Shown here in pieces: positions 26,896-40,320 of a stretch of 64,000 nucleotides of DNA (its first letter is position 1; every line of letters starts with the position of its first letter). The notes under the pieces were generated by a model, which was not told the origin of the DNA, ran no database searches, and was given only the letters and a program-made list of their open reading frames with translations. The stretch is from assembly GCA_951406725.2 (NCBI GenBank), contig OX597832.1, positions 15,066,001 through 15,130,000 of the forward strand. The letters are read 5' to 3'. The stretch comes from Octopus vulgaris. Lineage: Eukaryota. The translations under genes and the position numbers were made by a program.

Positions 26896-27458
26896 TTTAT
26901 AAATAAACTGAAATCCCGATTGCGGCGCCAATGGCAATTTGTGAGAACGAAATAACGCTAATTGATATGTTTGTTGCTGGAGATGAAAATCCTGCAAATA
27001 TTCCCATAAGAAGGAATGATATTTAGAAAGTCAAATCTTTAAACCACAGCAATCCTTGAAAATGTGTCTGATGTGTAAATGTGACTTCAGCAGGCCCAAC
27101 ATATTTAGAAAATAGTAGTTGAACAGACATGTCTCATGGTAGCAACCTGTCGACTTGTCTCTGATCTGAAAACCTGAAAGCGAAGGAAAATCAGATGATT
27201 TATTTAGGACTGAAAATCATATAATCATTGATGAACTCTCATCAGTTCTTGGATTTATTTTATGAAAGTGCTAACAGTATTACTGAATCACTTAAATATA
27301 AAAATTACTACGCAATACTGTATGTAATTATTGATTTTTTCAGTTCTCAATAGAATTACATACACCGAATAGATTCAGCAGAAAATTGATTATTAAGAAT
27401 ACCGAATAGACGCAATAGAAAATTGATTACGGAAATGAATTTTATGCATAATAGTAAC

Positions 27459-27860
27459 AGTGCATTATTTATATTATTTACATTTAACAGATACTTGTCC
27501 TCATCTTGTTTGTTTTTAAAACAACGCTTCGGCAAATACACACTCCAGCTTTCATCGGGTGTCTTGCGGAACTTTCGAAGCTGGGTTCTCATTCATAAGG
27601 GCTACTAAACCCAAGATTCCGAGTTAGATTCCAGGCAGTGACCTGAATAAAAACAACAACAACAACAATAATAATAACATCGAAAAATACCCTAGGAATG
27701 AGAAACCAATTTCGAAATTTCTCCAAGACCCCAGATGCAGGCTGGAGGGTATATCTGAAACGTTGTGTTAACAACAAACAAGATGAGGACAAATTGCCGT
27801 CAAACGTAAATAATTTTAATAATGTACATAATTCATCACCTCATAACATAGAGAACTGTA
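27459..27860. mobile_element. inverted-repeat element with two degraded hammerhead motifs (Penelope pLTR-like)
   Basis: Diverged inverted arms at about 27459-27604 and 27686-27829. The two arms reconstruct GACAC-CTGATGA-AGGCTG...GCC-GAAAC-GTT-GTGTT. Confidence 0.7.
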
Positions 27861-30800
27861 ATAGTAATAGATCTTAAGTAGATCCATAAGCACTTCATGT
27901 TTACGAATGTGCTCCGTCAACAGTTTATAAGATGTGGATATCGTACTCTGTTGATAAGTGTAATATCACATGTGTCCACAAGGTTATTCCTGGAAGTGGA
28001 TTTTGTCGATCAGACATTATTCAAGCTAGTTGATGCATTATGTGAACCATTTTCAGCTTCCACATTGTTCGATAGTTGTAATAGTATCACTCGATACTGC
28101 ACAAAATGCAATACTGGAATATATAATCAATACTGGAATATATAAATGATTTGAGAAGATGAGGTAGTGGTTTGTGCAGTTATATTATATTGTTGAATAA
28201 TTAATTATTATATATTGCAATGTGAATAAAATGTCTAGTGCTTCCATAACATTTTAAATGTCAACAGTGATTTAGGACATATCAGCTGAGTTTAGATACT
28301 TTCCATTCCGTTAATGTCGGAATGTATTTTTGTTTACGAGAGATCTCTCTCAATCCCTCTCAATGCTAGAGGGTCAAAATTCTTGAAACATCACATTAAC
28401 ATATGTCTGGGAATTTGTACCTTTAATTCTTCATGAAACTCACATACTTATTTTGGTACGATTCAAAAGATGCTCTGGAGACTGGGTAAGTCTTCTACAT
28501 TGATATCAACATTTTACTGGTACTTATGAAAACGAAATATAGCTTCAGTGTTATTTGAACTAAGATGATAACGAGCTGGCAAATACTACGCTAATCATCG
28601 ACACCTTATAACACCCTCATATAGATTGCTAATCCGAGATCTGAGGAAGATATGGTACTTAATTTCTTATAATAATTTTTATGTGTTATCCTCTTTTATA
28701 ATCTTGTCACACTGCTTATGTATGAAGTCGTTTGAGCTATGTACCCTGTGGCTATCATTAGATTCATGTAGCAGGAATTTCTCCAAGGATATATTTTTTC
28801 AAAGTTAACAATATCCTGTCCTTCCGCTCTTCAGATGTACAAGTTCACAGTTTGGTTCCCCCTCACTCAGCATTACGTACACGAAAAATTAATAAAATAC
28901 GTTCTGAATTCTGAGATATATTATATTGCTTGTAAAATTCTAGTGAATAACTAGAATTATATGTCATATTTGACGCCAAAGCGTGTTTATTTCTATTTTC
29001 CTTTTACTATCAACTCATAATTTCATTCACATCCATCAAATAAATATATTTCATTTATATGTTTTGAATTAAGCCAATGGCTGGATAATTCTTTTAATTC
29101 AATATCATTTTTTCTGTAGTTCTTCGAATATTGCAAATATAGCATGTAGATGTTAGTAATCCTTGTTGTGAATGGTGTCCTCCGATATATCATTTCCTAT
29201 TTGACAGCTTAATGAATGTGTAACATTTGATTTTTATTTCGCTACATAAAGTATATGCAAATTTAGAACATCGGTAATACCTGTATTCAGAACTTTATTC
29301 CATCCACTAAGTTCATATAATATTTGCTAATATTATATCAGCAAATGTAGGTGTAAATTTGACGCGGCTTTGCTGTTTTCATATATAAGTGAATGGCGCA
29401 AAAGAAAATCAACTTATGATATATAGATATTAAATTTTATAAAATAACTACATGCATGATATAGAACCTTTCATTTCAGGAACAATTCATGAGAATAATT
29501 GCAAAATATTTTCATTGTCCTCTAACAGTGCAGTTCGCTTTATATTTATTGACATCATATACTAAATTGAAACAAATACGTTAATTAACAGACATTTTAT
29601 TTCTAATCATGAAATATAATACACTCGAATCTCCTTCAGAAATATTAAAACGTCATATTAAGTTTAGTAAGTTTTTTCTAATATATGACTTAGACCATAC
29701 AAATCGATATTTCCATTGCAGTCGTAGTAGATATAGGTCAGCTATCGACCTGAATATATTTAAAGCACGTAAGTAAAATAGATTTATGTTTGTTCAATTT
29801 GATTTTAGGTTATTGCATTAATGTATTTTCTAAAGTCAGTGGAATATAAAACTAAATTAAGAAAAGACTCTTCTCTTGAACTCAGCCAAATATATGTGAA
29901 GTTACTCGTTGCTAGAAAATGGCGTCCATTGTATACAGTTCATAGACATTGCTAAATTTAATCTTCATAAATAGGCAAACATAAAATGCAGCTCTCAGAT
30001 AGACATACGGTTATACACGCAAATACTTATATTCTAGGTGCAAAAGGGTCATGTTATAATTTCTATAGATTTTATGTTAGTATTGATTCCTTTTGTCACT
30101 CTGATTTAACTCAATACATTGTGGGCGTTTATAACAATTCGTTAATTTTAACCACGAATATCAACTTACTGACCTTCATTTATTTCGCCTGTCGAACCAT
30201 AAACACCGCTAATTTTCCCATTTTTTTTATCTTCCATGATACTTTGTTGTTGGATCGAGACATTCAATTAGAGAGGAATAGTTTGGTGTATGGAATTGTT
30301 CAATCTTCATAACACGTCTACATTTTTACGCAACAGACTGACAAAATGGACAATACAACGCATTGTTAAGAGTTAACCACATCAAAATCCAAAGCCTGCC
30401 GAAAATCTACGATAATTCGAGAATGTATAGAAATGCCCTTCATCGTTATAATGTCGATGCTATATACGTACGTGCATTTACACAATTCAAAAGTAGATTA
30501 ATCAAACTTAGACAATCCTATGTTTATTTCCTTACTCATATTCAGTTACGTTCATTTTACCAATTGCATATCTGACGGAAAACACAAATTCATCTATTGC
30601 CTGCGTTTCCTGTTCCTCTGATCTTACAAAATTTATAGGTTAACAAACATAGTTATCAAATCAATATATATTTCCCGCCAAATTCGTGTTCCTTTTATTT
30701 CACATTGGTTCTCTCCGGAATTAAGTGCATTATACTTAATCTTAGTTCTTCATTTCCCTTTAGTAGACCTAAGCATGAAAAGCGGAGTAAATAGCGTCTT

Positions 30801-31559
30801 GCGGCAATCTTTTACAATATATATGCGCGTATATATCTGTATGTGCATCTGCGTGTGTTTTCGTATGTATACACAGCAAATTTCTAAATATCGAACTTGA
30901 TTCAAGTATTGAATGCAAAGCAATTTTCATATTTGTAATGTTAGGAAATGGAGCAGGTCGGAAAGCATGCAACTGATATGGAAATTGAATAGACATCCAT
31001 ATCTATTATTAGTAATTGTTACGAAGCAGGCAAAAGGAAATAAACCGATATAATGACACAGATAAGAAGTTCGATCGATTTGAGGAGGCCTTCATTGACT
31101 TAAGAAACATATTAGTAGAAGACATGTAAAAGAATTAAATCTATTACTTTTAGGCAGAACATGAACAATAGAATAAGACAATATCACAACTAAGTAACAG
31201 TGTGTATAAATTTTATCCATGTCGAAAAGTATTCACATTAAGGGATTAAAAGAGGAAGCCAAACATCTATTAAATCATTACAGAGATCGAATGAAACTAT
31301 CGGAAATATGCAGCAATGGATTTCCAGATTATGAAAACAACGAGAGCCACCAGAGTAAATCTATTATTATCTAAATAAACATAAATATATAAAGTAATGC
31401 TGAAATACAGCAACGACACTGTAGTACTTGTTCGGTAGCTATGGTGTCGAAAACAAGAAAGTTGCACAACAATTGCAATAGAGCTTTGCGTGAGGTTTTC
31501 AGTTCAAACCCCGTTTCTGCTGGAAGAAGGCAACATGCTTTTACTAATCATAATGGACA

Positions 31560-31850
31560 TATCATAAAATGCGGCTAGAATCAATACCTCCATGATTTTG
31601 CTTCAGAACATCACCAGCCTCAATTTCTGGCCTCGAAATTATCCCCGATTGTAATCTCACGGATTACAACGTTGGGAGCTGTTGAGAAAGACACTTATTG
31701 TCCTCCCCTCAGCACGAAGGAGAAGGCTGTGGCTCCATCAAGGAGGTGGTGAAATAAAATCTACGGGCTACAGTAAGGAATGCTTGCGGCTATTCTGGAG
31801 CCGCCTTCAGGCCGTAATGTAAACTGGAACAGTTATTTGAAAGACACTTT
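31560..31850 (+). pseudogene. Tc1/mariner (maT-like) transposase C-terminal relic
   Basis: Frameshifted WP..SPDCNLTDY..WGAVEKD and NACG.FWSRLQAV. Confidence 0.55.
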
Positions 31851-32495
31851 GACCTCCGAGCGAGATATGAGTCGACCATTTCGAAATTTTAGAACTAATT
31901 TTGTTTTAGGATAGGACTTTAGCTTCATATTTCATCCCATAAACAATGTGAAATATAACACGAAGACTCCGTAGATGTACATATGTAAGCGAGGTGGAGG
32001 TGGAACCCTTACTGTTATATATAGTGACAAACAGAGCAAAAGACGTAGCAACATGATACCAAGAAATGATGCAGTACGACCGTTTCAGATGACACCATTT
32101 AATTGAACGATGCAATCAATACATCAATTTAAATGCAGAGATATCATCCGTTGCATAATTAAATAGAATTTGAATCAGCTGGACACAGTAATACAATTTT
32201 TCTGAAATGACACACAAGCATACGTATATTCCTATATATAATATACAGGTATTTTGATGTAAGCAGGAGAGATAGAACCCAAAATATGTGTACATATTTT
32301 TATTAATCTTTAGATGTAACTTTGCTAAGTGCAAACTCACGTAACTCTCAGAACCCTGTTAATTCTGCTGCATACGTATATGTGTGTGCGCATGTGTATT
32401 TCTTTGTGTGAGTCTCTGTGTGGTGTGTGTGTATGAGCGTGTATGTGTGTGTGCGCGCTTGTTAGTGTGCGTGAGTATACTTGTATAACTGACCA

Positions 32496-32545
<50 letters not shown>

Positions 32546-32562
32546 AAGGGATGCTCTATTTT

Positions 32563-32609
<47 letters not shown>

Positions 32610-32626
32610 ATGTGTATGTGTGTGTG

Positions 32627-32905
32627 TAGAGGCGCAATGACCCAGAGGTTAGGGCAGCGGACTGGCGGTCGTAGGATCGCGGTTTCAATTCCCAGACCGG
32701 GCGTTGTGAGTGTTTATTGAGCGAAAACACCTAAAAGCTCCACGAGGCTCTGACAGAGGGTGGTGGTGATCCCTGCTGTAATCTTTCAATTTTCTCTCAC
32801 TCTTTCTTCTGTTGACCTGCGCGATTAGCATTTGAAGCATAAAACAATGCGAAAAGCATTGTGACCATCGATGTGTAGCAACATATGATAGCCTGATCAC
32901 GGTGA
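32627..32905 (+). mobile_element. SINE family C variant with a different 3' tail
   Basis: Head and body match 7870-8172 (CCCAGACCGGG...GTGTTTATTGAGCGAAAACACCTAAA.GCTCCACGAGGCTC) but diverge after about 32815. Confidence 0.8.
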
Positions 32906-33816
32906 TATATAAATATGCATGTTCACACGTACGCTCGAAGTCACACCTCGCAAAATAGGTGTTTTGTTAAAATGACATCGCGATAAATTAACCTGTGATA
33001 TCTAATTGCAGTTTAAATTCGTACTTCCTAGCTTGATATAAAACTGCGTTAGTCGTGGACCGATATCTATCCAAATGATTGATTTTCGCGTTAAAAATAT
33101 GTGCGCTTGTGCCAATGTTGGAAATCATTATTATCTCTAAACATCAATTTCCACCAGTTTCAAAGTGTCGGCAACTGCGCCAAATATCATAATAAATATA
33201 AAAGACTGAGTCGTCAATATATTCTATACTTAATATAATTTTCGTCAATGAATAATTCGGTATGTGTCACACTAACAACGATCACCAATCTATTTATCGA
33301 TATGTGACGGCTATACATATACTCCATTTGGTTAGTTGCCAGGTATCATTTTCCAATATATTAAGCCTGAGAATTTATGTTTTCTGTAAAATAATTCACA
33401 TATCACTTCATCTGTCTGTAATATTTTCAATGTGATACGTTATTACCCACTTTATTATAGCTCGATTGGTTTTAGAATTTAATAACCTATTCGTGTTTAT
33501 GAAAACACATAAACGAGTGTTTGTGTTTGTGCATATATACACGCACTAGTTTATATCTATTTATGAATATGTGTGTATTAGTAAGTGTGTGTGTGCGTGT
33601 TTCCGTGCGTGCTTGTGTGTGTGTGTTTCATTGTAACAAGGTTTGTGCATCAATGTGTGTATAGGTGTATCAGTGGAATTATACTTGTGATACATATTTT
33701 CGCTCTGCAAACAAAGGTGATTCGTTTAAGTCTTATTGCTCTGAATAATAATTCATGTGAGATCCAGACCGTCCAATATGTTAAGAGTGAATGTTATGCG
33801 TATGTATATGTACGTG

Positions 33817-33873
<57 letters not shown>

Positions 33874-35691
33874 GTACACATATATATGTACACATATATA
33901 TGTATATATATGTACACATATTTAAACATATGTGTGTATGTGTATGCTTGTGCGTTTGAGGAGTGTTTATGAATTTATGGATATTACTCTTCCCAAATAA
34001 CACAATGACTGTATTACACAATGACTGTATTCTATACAGTGCAGTGTATTGAGCGTATCTGTGTTACTAGTTTCGATTCATCACTTCCAAACGTCACATT
34101 GCATAATTTTTATTCGATGACTTTTTACAATATGTTCTGAGAAGAACCGATTGCGTATTTGAAATATATCATCAATTTGCATATTTTGTATTGCATGCTC
34201 CATATACTAACACATGCAATCCTCATGTTTGTCATAGTAGTGGAACGCCCTCTCGTCAGCAAAGAGCTATTTCATTCCTATATCAGCAAAATATTTTTTC
34301 TTGCACTGTCTGCACGTTGACAATACTAATCGCGAATTATTCCTATGACCACCTCCATCGATTTCAAATTAGTGAACTCGTTGTTTTATATGCACCATTC
34401 TGTTTTAACCTTCGAGGATTGTATTTACGTAGATTTTGTTGCGGTTTATTACAAGTTACACATTTCATGCCATAGCGTTATATTTCCAATCCGAAAAGTC
34501 TTATCCTTAGATATACTTCCTCGTATAGACACACAGAATCACAAATATCGTCTTAATGTCACTTACAAACATACATACGTATGTAATGCACACATACATA
34601 AATACATACATACATACATACACACACGCACGCAAGCATACACATACATATATACATATATACAAATATACATTATACATACATACATAGAGAGGTCAGG
34701 TAGATATAGGCAATAACGTGCTTCATTACCTAACTATTTGATACCTAACCAATGCTTAATCAATTACCTGTATAGATACATATATACATACATAAGATAG
34801 TATCTGGTATACCTAGAGGGGTGTTATCCAGAAAGAAATGACGTCGTTCGCTCACGTTCTACAGTAGAACATACAAGTATTGTGTTGTACACATTCCAGT
34901 TATTTACGTAAAATCGACGAGCAAAAAAAAAGAAACTTTCTGTTGAGGTAAGACCACAATAAAATTTGGCACAAAATATGTTTAAAATATAGCTTCTGAG
35001 TTAGAAAACTGTACTGAATGTTATTATTAATAATCAGCCATACATCCGAAACTTTGTGATGTCTGTTTCTGCTTTACAATTATAATCAAAGATGTTATTC
35101 ACTATAACAAAGTGTTTAATGTGGCTTGCTTGTAGTTAATCATATTATTGAAATCAGGTGTTATTACACTGGCAGTAGCGACTATTGGAAGTAAAATTGG
35201 CATTTATCTTACACAGTTTCGAGCAATGAATATATATGCGTCAGTCATAGTAAAATATCAGACCAGTATTGAACTGAGATTTAAACCAGCTCACACGTAA
35301 GAGAAGTCGATTTGTTTATGAAATGTTGCCTTCTAGGATAGGCAGTAACATAGTAAATTTATGAGCTTCGAAGTGATGTTTAATTCATATTATCACTGAA
35401 AGGTCGAACATTCTTACAAATGACATTGATTATTCCATATCAGGCATTTTAGTTATATGTTTAATGCTGACCATACATTTTCCCCAGCTTTCTATAACTT
35501 CATCTAATTGCAGGCGACTCTGCTATAGCATTCAGTAGTTAATAAGATTTCATCATTTATATTTGGAAGAACAGGCTTACGCAAATAATACATTCACTTA
35601 CTATATACACGTGTGCATGTATGTATGTTTGCATGTATCAATGTATGTACGTATCTTTCTATCTTTCTATCTATCTCTCTCTCTATCTCTA

Positions 35692-35772
<81 letters not shown>

Positions 35773-35809
35773 ATCTATCTATATATCTATCTATCTATCT
35801 ATATATCTA

Positions 35810-35867
<58 letters not shown>

Positions 35868-35870
<3 letters not shown>

Positions 35871-36288
35871 TCTTTTACTCTTTTAGTTGTTTCAGTCATT
35901 TGACTGCGGCCATGCTGGAGCACCGCCTTTAGTAGACGAAATCGACCCCGGGACTTATTCTTTGTAAGCCCAGTACTTATTCTATCGGTCTCTTTTGCCA
36001 AACCGCTAAGTGACGGGGACGTAAACACACCAGCATCGGTTGTCAAGCAATGCTAGGGGGACAAACACAGACGCACAAACACACACACACACACACACAC
36101 ACATATATTTATATACATATATACGACAGGCTACTTTCAGTTTCCGTCTACCAAATCCACTCACAAGGCATTGGTTGGCCCGGGGCTATAGAATAAGACA
36201 CTTACCCAAGAATGCCACGCAGTGGGACTGAACCCGGAACCATGTGGTTGGTTAGTAAGCTACTTACCAGACAGCCACTCCTGCGCCT
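35868..36288 (-). mobile_element. SINE family A, full length
   Basis: Near-identical to 113-533, adjacent to (TCTA)n(TA)n at 35655-35868. Confidence 0.92.
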
Positions 36289-36381
36289 ATAGCACAAAAC
36301 GGTGGTGCATCAGCATGGCCGCCGCTCTGAGATGAAACTAGAGAGAAAAAAAAACATACATACATAGTTATCAAGGGGATA

Positions 36382-38262
36382 TTTATGTATGTTTTTTTTT
36401 GTTTTCTTTTCTCTCTAGTTTCAGACCAGACCTGAGGCCATGCTGATGCATCGCCGTTTTGTGCTACACTGTTATTCCGAAGAACCTCGTCCAATATGTG
36501 GCACTTGGTGAAGAATGGAGTTTGATATAGCTACTCTCATTTGCACTTCTTGTCGTGGGGTAGGTTCATCTGGGACTCTTGACAGGAAGATGTCGAGCTT
36601 TGATTTAAAAACCGCTCCATCTACTTTGTATAAGTTCCTCAGACTCTTTGGGAGAATACTAAAAAGCTGTGGGCCCTTGAAACCCAGGCTGTTGCAGATG
36701 CTGGCCCTGAAGCGTGATGGCATCGCTGGGATCTTTGGCACTATGCAGTGTCGTCCCGTTCTGGCATTGGTGTAGTTTACAATGCCAAAATTTGGCACAA
36801 TTTCTTCCAGGATCTTCCAGACATATATTACTGCATACCTCTCCCGTCTTCTCTCCAGGGAGTAGAGTCTTAGCTGTTTCGACCTTTCCCAGTAGCTGAG
36901 CTGTTGCAAAGAGACGATCTTCTTTGTGAATCTTCTCTGGATTGCTTCAAGGTCTGCTGTTAATTTTACACTGGTGGGTGACCATAACTGTGAACAGTAA
37001 TCCAAGCGGCTGAGGATGAATGTCCGCCAGATCACCATCATGGTTTCCTTATCTATGATTCTGAATGTTCTTAGGATCCACCCACCCAGTCGTTTGCACT
37101 TTGTCGCCATCCTGTTAATGTGCACTTGGAAAGAAGTATCATCACTCGTGTTGATACCCAGGTCCTTCACAGGCTTAGGCTCTGGGATTGAAATTCCCTG
37201 TGGACCGGTGTATTCTGTAAGTTTAATATTCAGTTTTGGATGCTGGTAGCGCAGGTCCTGGAATTTTTCAGCATTAAACTGCATATTATTATCCTCAGCC
37301 CATCTGCAGATTGAGTCCAACTCCTGCTGCAGGTGTGCAACATCGCTGTGGTTCTGTATTGTCTGCGAGATCTTCGTATCGTCTGCACAGCTGGCCAGAG
37401 TGGCTATCTGGGCATTTGAGGGCATATCTGAGAGGACCACTATAAAAAGCAGTGGTCCCAAGACAGTGCGCTGTGGAACACCGCTCACTATTTGTGTGTT
37501 CATAGAGGTGGCTCCATTAGCCACTACTGCCTGAATCCTATCTTTCAGGAAGTCATGTAACCACACTCTAAGTTTTCCTGTTATGTCGAGGCCACGCAGT
37601 TTGTGGCATATCATACCATGATCCACCTTGTCAAAATCTTTTGCAAAATCAAGTTAGATTACGTCCACATTTGATTTTTTTAGTAACTGCCTCAACCCCC
37701 AGTCATAAATTTGTAAGAGCTGGGTCAGGCAGCTCCTACCTGGTCGAAAACCATGCTAGGTATCACTCAGCAAGTTATTTTCATCGAGGAATACAATTAG
37801 TTTCTTTCTGACTATCCGTTCCATGACTTTGGTGATGTATGAAGTCAGAGAGATAGGCCTATAGTTTTTTGGCATCTGCTCTACTTTATGTATTGGCCAT
37901 ATTATTCTTTATGTATTGGCCATATTATTCCCTCCTTCATCTTGCTTGGCAGTTTACCATTCGCAAGAAAGCTCTGGAAGAGAATCTTGAGAGGTTTTGC
38001 CAGGGCATGCTTACGCGCTTTGAGGCGGATGGCTGGGAAACCATCTGGACCAGCAGCTGAGTTTGTGTCCACTTCATCTATGGCTAGTAGGACATCTTTT
38101 TCGCTAATGTCAATACATTCTGTTGTAACCGCCTCGCTGGTTATAGGTGAGGTGGCAAAGAAGTCCACTGGTTCGTTCACTTGTCTGTGTTCCAATGGGG
38201 TGATAAAGACACATTTGAACTGGTCATTCAGCATCTCGCTGATCTTAGTTGGACTGTCTGTG
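36382..38262 (-). mobile_element. 5'-truncated CR1-group LINE with disrupted RT and intact 3' UTR
   Basis: Upstream frames give AAGPDGFP and DFAKDFDKVDHG, followed by the RT ORF at 37626-36472. A 23-bp tandem duplication at about 37885-37931 and a stop interrupt the frame. The 3' UTR ends in an A-rich tail. Confidence 0.9.
36472..37626 (-). pseudogene. non-LTR reverse transcriptase C-terminal ORF (384 aa), catalytically degenerate
   Basis: SGVPQRTVLGPLLF (from GVPQG), CADDT (from YADD), KDLGI, LDYCSQLWSP and LYSLERRRERY. Confidence 0.88.
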
Positions 38263-38412
38263 AGATATATATATGTATGTATACATATATATATGTATGT
38301 AGGTGTATATATATAAAGTTAATCCAAACAAGAAACCGAAAAACACAACAACGTGGGGACTTGGAACAAATATAGTATTATTGGACGCTCAGAAAAGAAG
38401 GAAAGAAGTAGG

Positions 38413-38447
38413 GTTTAAATTTTCGAGCGGAGCACTTCGTCGGAAAC
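38413..38447 (-). ncRNA. degraded minimal hammerhead motif (variant core CCGACGA)
   Basis: GTTT-CCGACGA-AGTGCTCCGCTC-GAAAATTT-AAAC, homologous to 45308-45342. Confidence 0.55.
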
Positions 38448-38589
38448 ATAGGAGAAGGGAAGACAGAGGGAAAAAATCGCCAATGGTACACACGAGGTCA
38501 CATTTTGAAAGACCGGAAGGAAGTGGGTGAAGAAAGATGTTTGCAAAAACAGAAGAGTAGTATAGTCAAAGACAGCGGAATGTAGGAGG

Positions 38590-39552
38590 GGGAATGTGTT
38601 TAAGTGTGGATGTGTGCCTGCACGGGGGTCTGCGTGTGCGTGAGTGTGTATATGTGTGCGTGTGTGTGTGTGTGTGCGTGTGTGTGCGTATGTGTGTGTG
38701 GTTGTAGCTGTAAACAACAGGCTAGTATTAAGGCTGGCTAGTTTGTAAGAATAAGGAGTGGTGTTTTTGTCCCTGCCACAGATCAGTACTTTGAAGTATG
38801 TGTGTGTGTGCGTATATGTATATGTATCGTGTGTGTGTTTTGTTTGTAGTGTGTGTATGTGCGCGTATGTGTGTGTTCGTGTGCGTATGCATAGAGTTTG
38901 GGTGTGTGGCGAATAACTGTGCATTATTTAGTGTATGTGTGCGTGTGTGCTTGTACGTGCGTGTGTGGATATATGTATGTATAATTGTGTGCGTGTATGT
39001 ATAATTGTGTGCCGTGTCTATGGGATGTATGTGTAGGTTCATTTGTATGCGTGTGTGTATGTATGTGCGTGCGTGTTGTAAGTGCATGTAGTTGTGTGTG
39101 CGTGTATGTGTGCGTGTATGTGTGCGTTTGTATGTGTGTGTGTAAGCGTATATGGATGTATATGCGTGTATCCGTGGGGTTGTGAGTTTTGGGTGTGTGC
39201 ATTCGTGTGCGCTTGTGCGTGCGCCTGTGTGCGCATGTTTATGTGTGCGTATGTGTGTGTGCCTGTGCCTATATATGTATAGGTATGTGTATGTGTGTGT
39301 GCGCGTGTAGGCATATATTGTGTGTATGTATATGTATCGGTGTGTATGTGGATTTGTGTATGCGTGTGTGTGGGGGGGGTTATTTTTTGGAGTTGTGTGC
39401 GTGTGTGTACTTACGTGCGGGTAGGTGTGTGCGTGTGTCTGTGCCCATGTGTGTATAAATGTGTGCTTATCTGTATGAGTATTGTTTGTTGGAAGTATAT
39501 GTGGGCATCTGTGCTGGTGTGTGTGTTTGTACGTGTGTGTGTGTGTGTGTGC

Positions 39553-39626
<74 letters not shown>

Positions 39627-40320
39627 ATGTGTACGTGCGTGCGAGTGAATGTATGTATAATTGTGCGTGTGTGTACAAATGTAGAGGTTTACATGTGTGT
39701 ATATATATGTATGCAAGCACACACATTATAATTGAAAGATTGATGGAAAAAAATTTGGTGTGGGTGTATGTGAACCCACAGGCACACACATACATACACC
39801 GATGCAAGCCTGTAATACAGCCAACCCAATATGTACGTATGTATGTATTTATGAATGTATCTATGTATGTATGTATGTATGTGTGTGTGTATGTATGTAT
39901 GTATGAATGTATGTATGTATTTATGTGTGTGAATGTATGTGTGTTTGGGAGCTTTTGGAGTTGTGTGGGCGTAATGTACATGCGTTTGCTTGTGTGTGTG
40001 TGTGTGTGCGCGCTTACGTGCGTATATGTGTGTGTGTGTCTCTGCCCATGTGTGTATACGTGTGTGCGTATATGTATGAGTATTGTTTGTTGGTGTGTCT
40101 GCACGGGCATATGTGTGTGTGCGCGTGTGGGTGTGTGGGTGTGTGAGTATGTGGGTGTGTGCCTGTGAGGGTGTATGGGCTGTGGGTGGGTGTATTCTTT
40201 GTGTGTATATGTGTGGAAGTACGTGTGCGTATATATGCATGTATGTTGTATGTGGGTGGTGTGTTCGAAGTATGTGTGTGTTCGTGGATACGTGAGTATG
40301 TGTGTGTATGTGTTCCTGTA
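38590..40320. repeat. about 1.7 kb degenerate (TG)/(TATG)-rich satellite with internal higher-order repeats
   Basis: The unique blocks TTTTGGAGTTGTGTG, TGCCCATGTGTGTATA and TATGAGTATTGTTTGTTGG recur at about 39385-39492 and 39953-40093. Confidence 0.85.
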
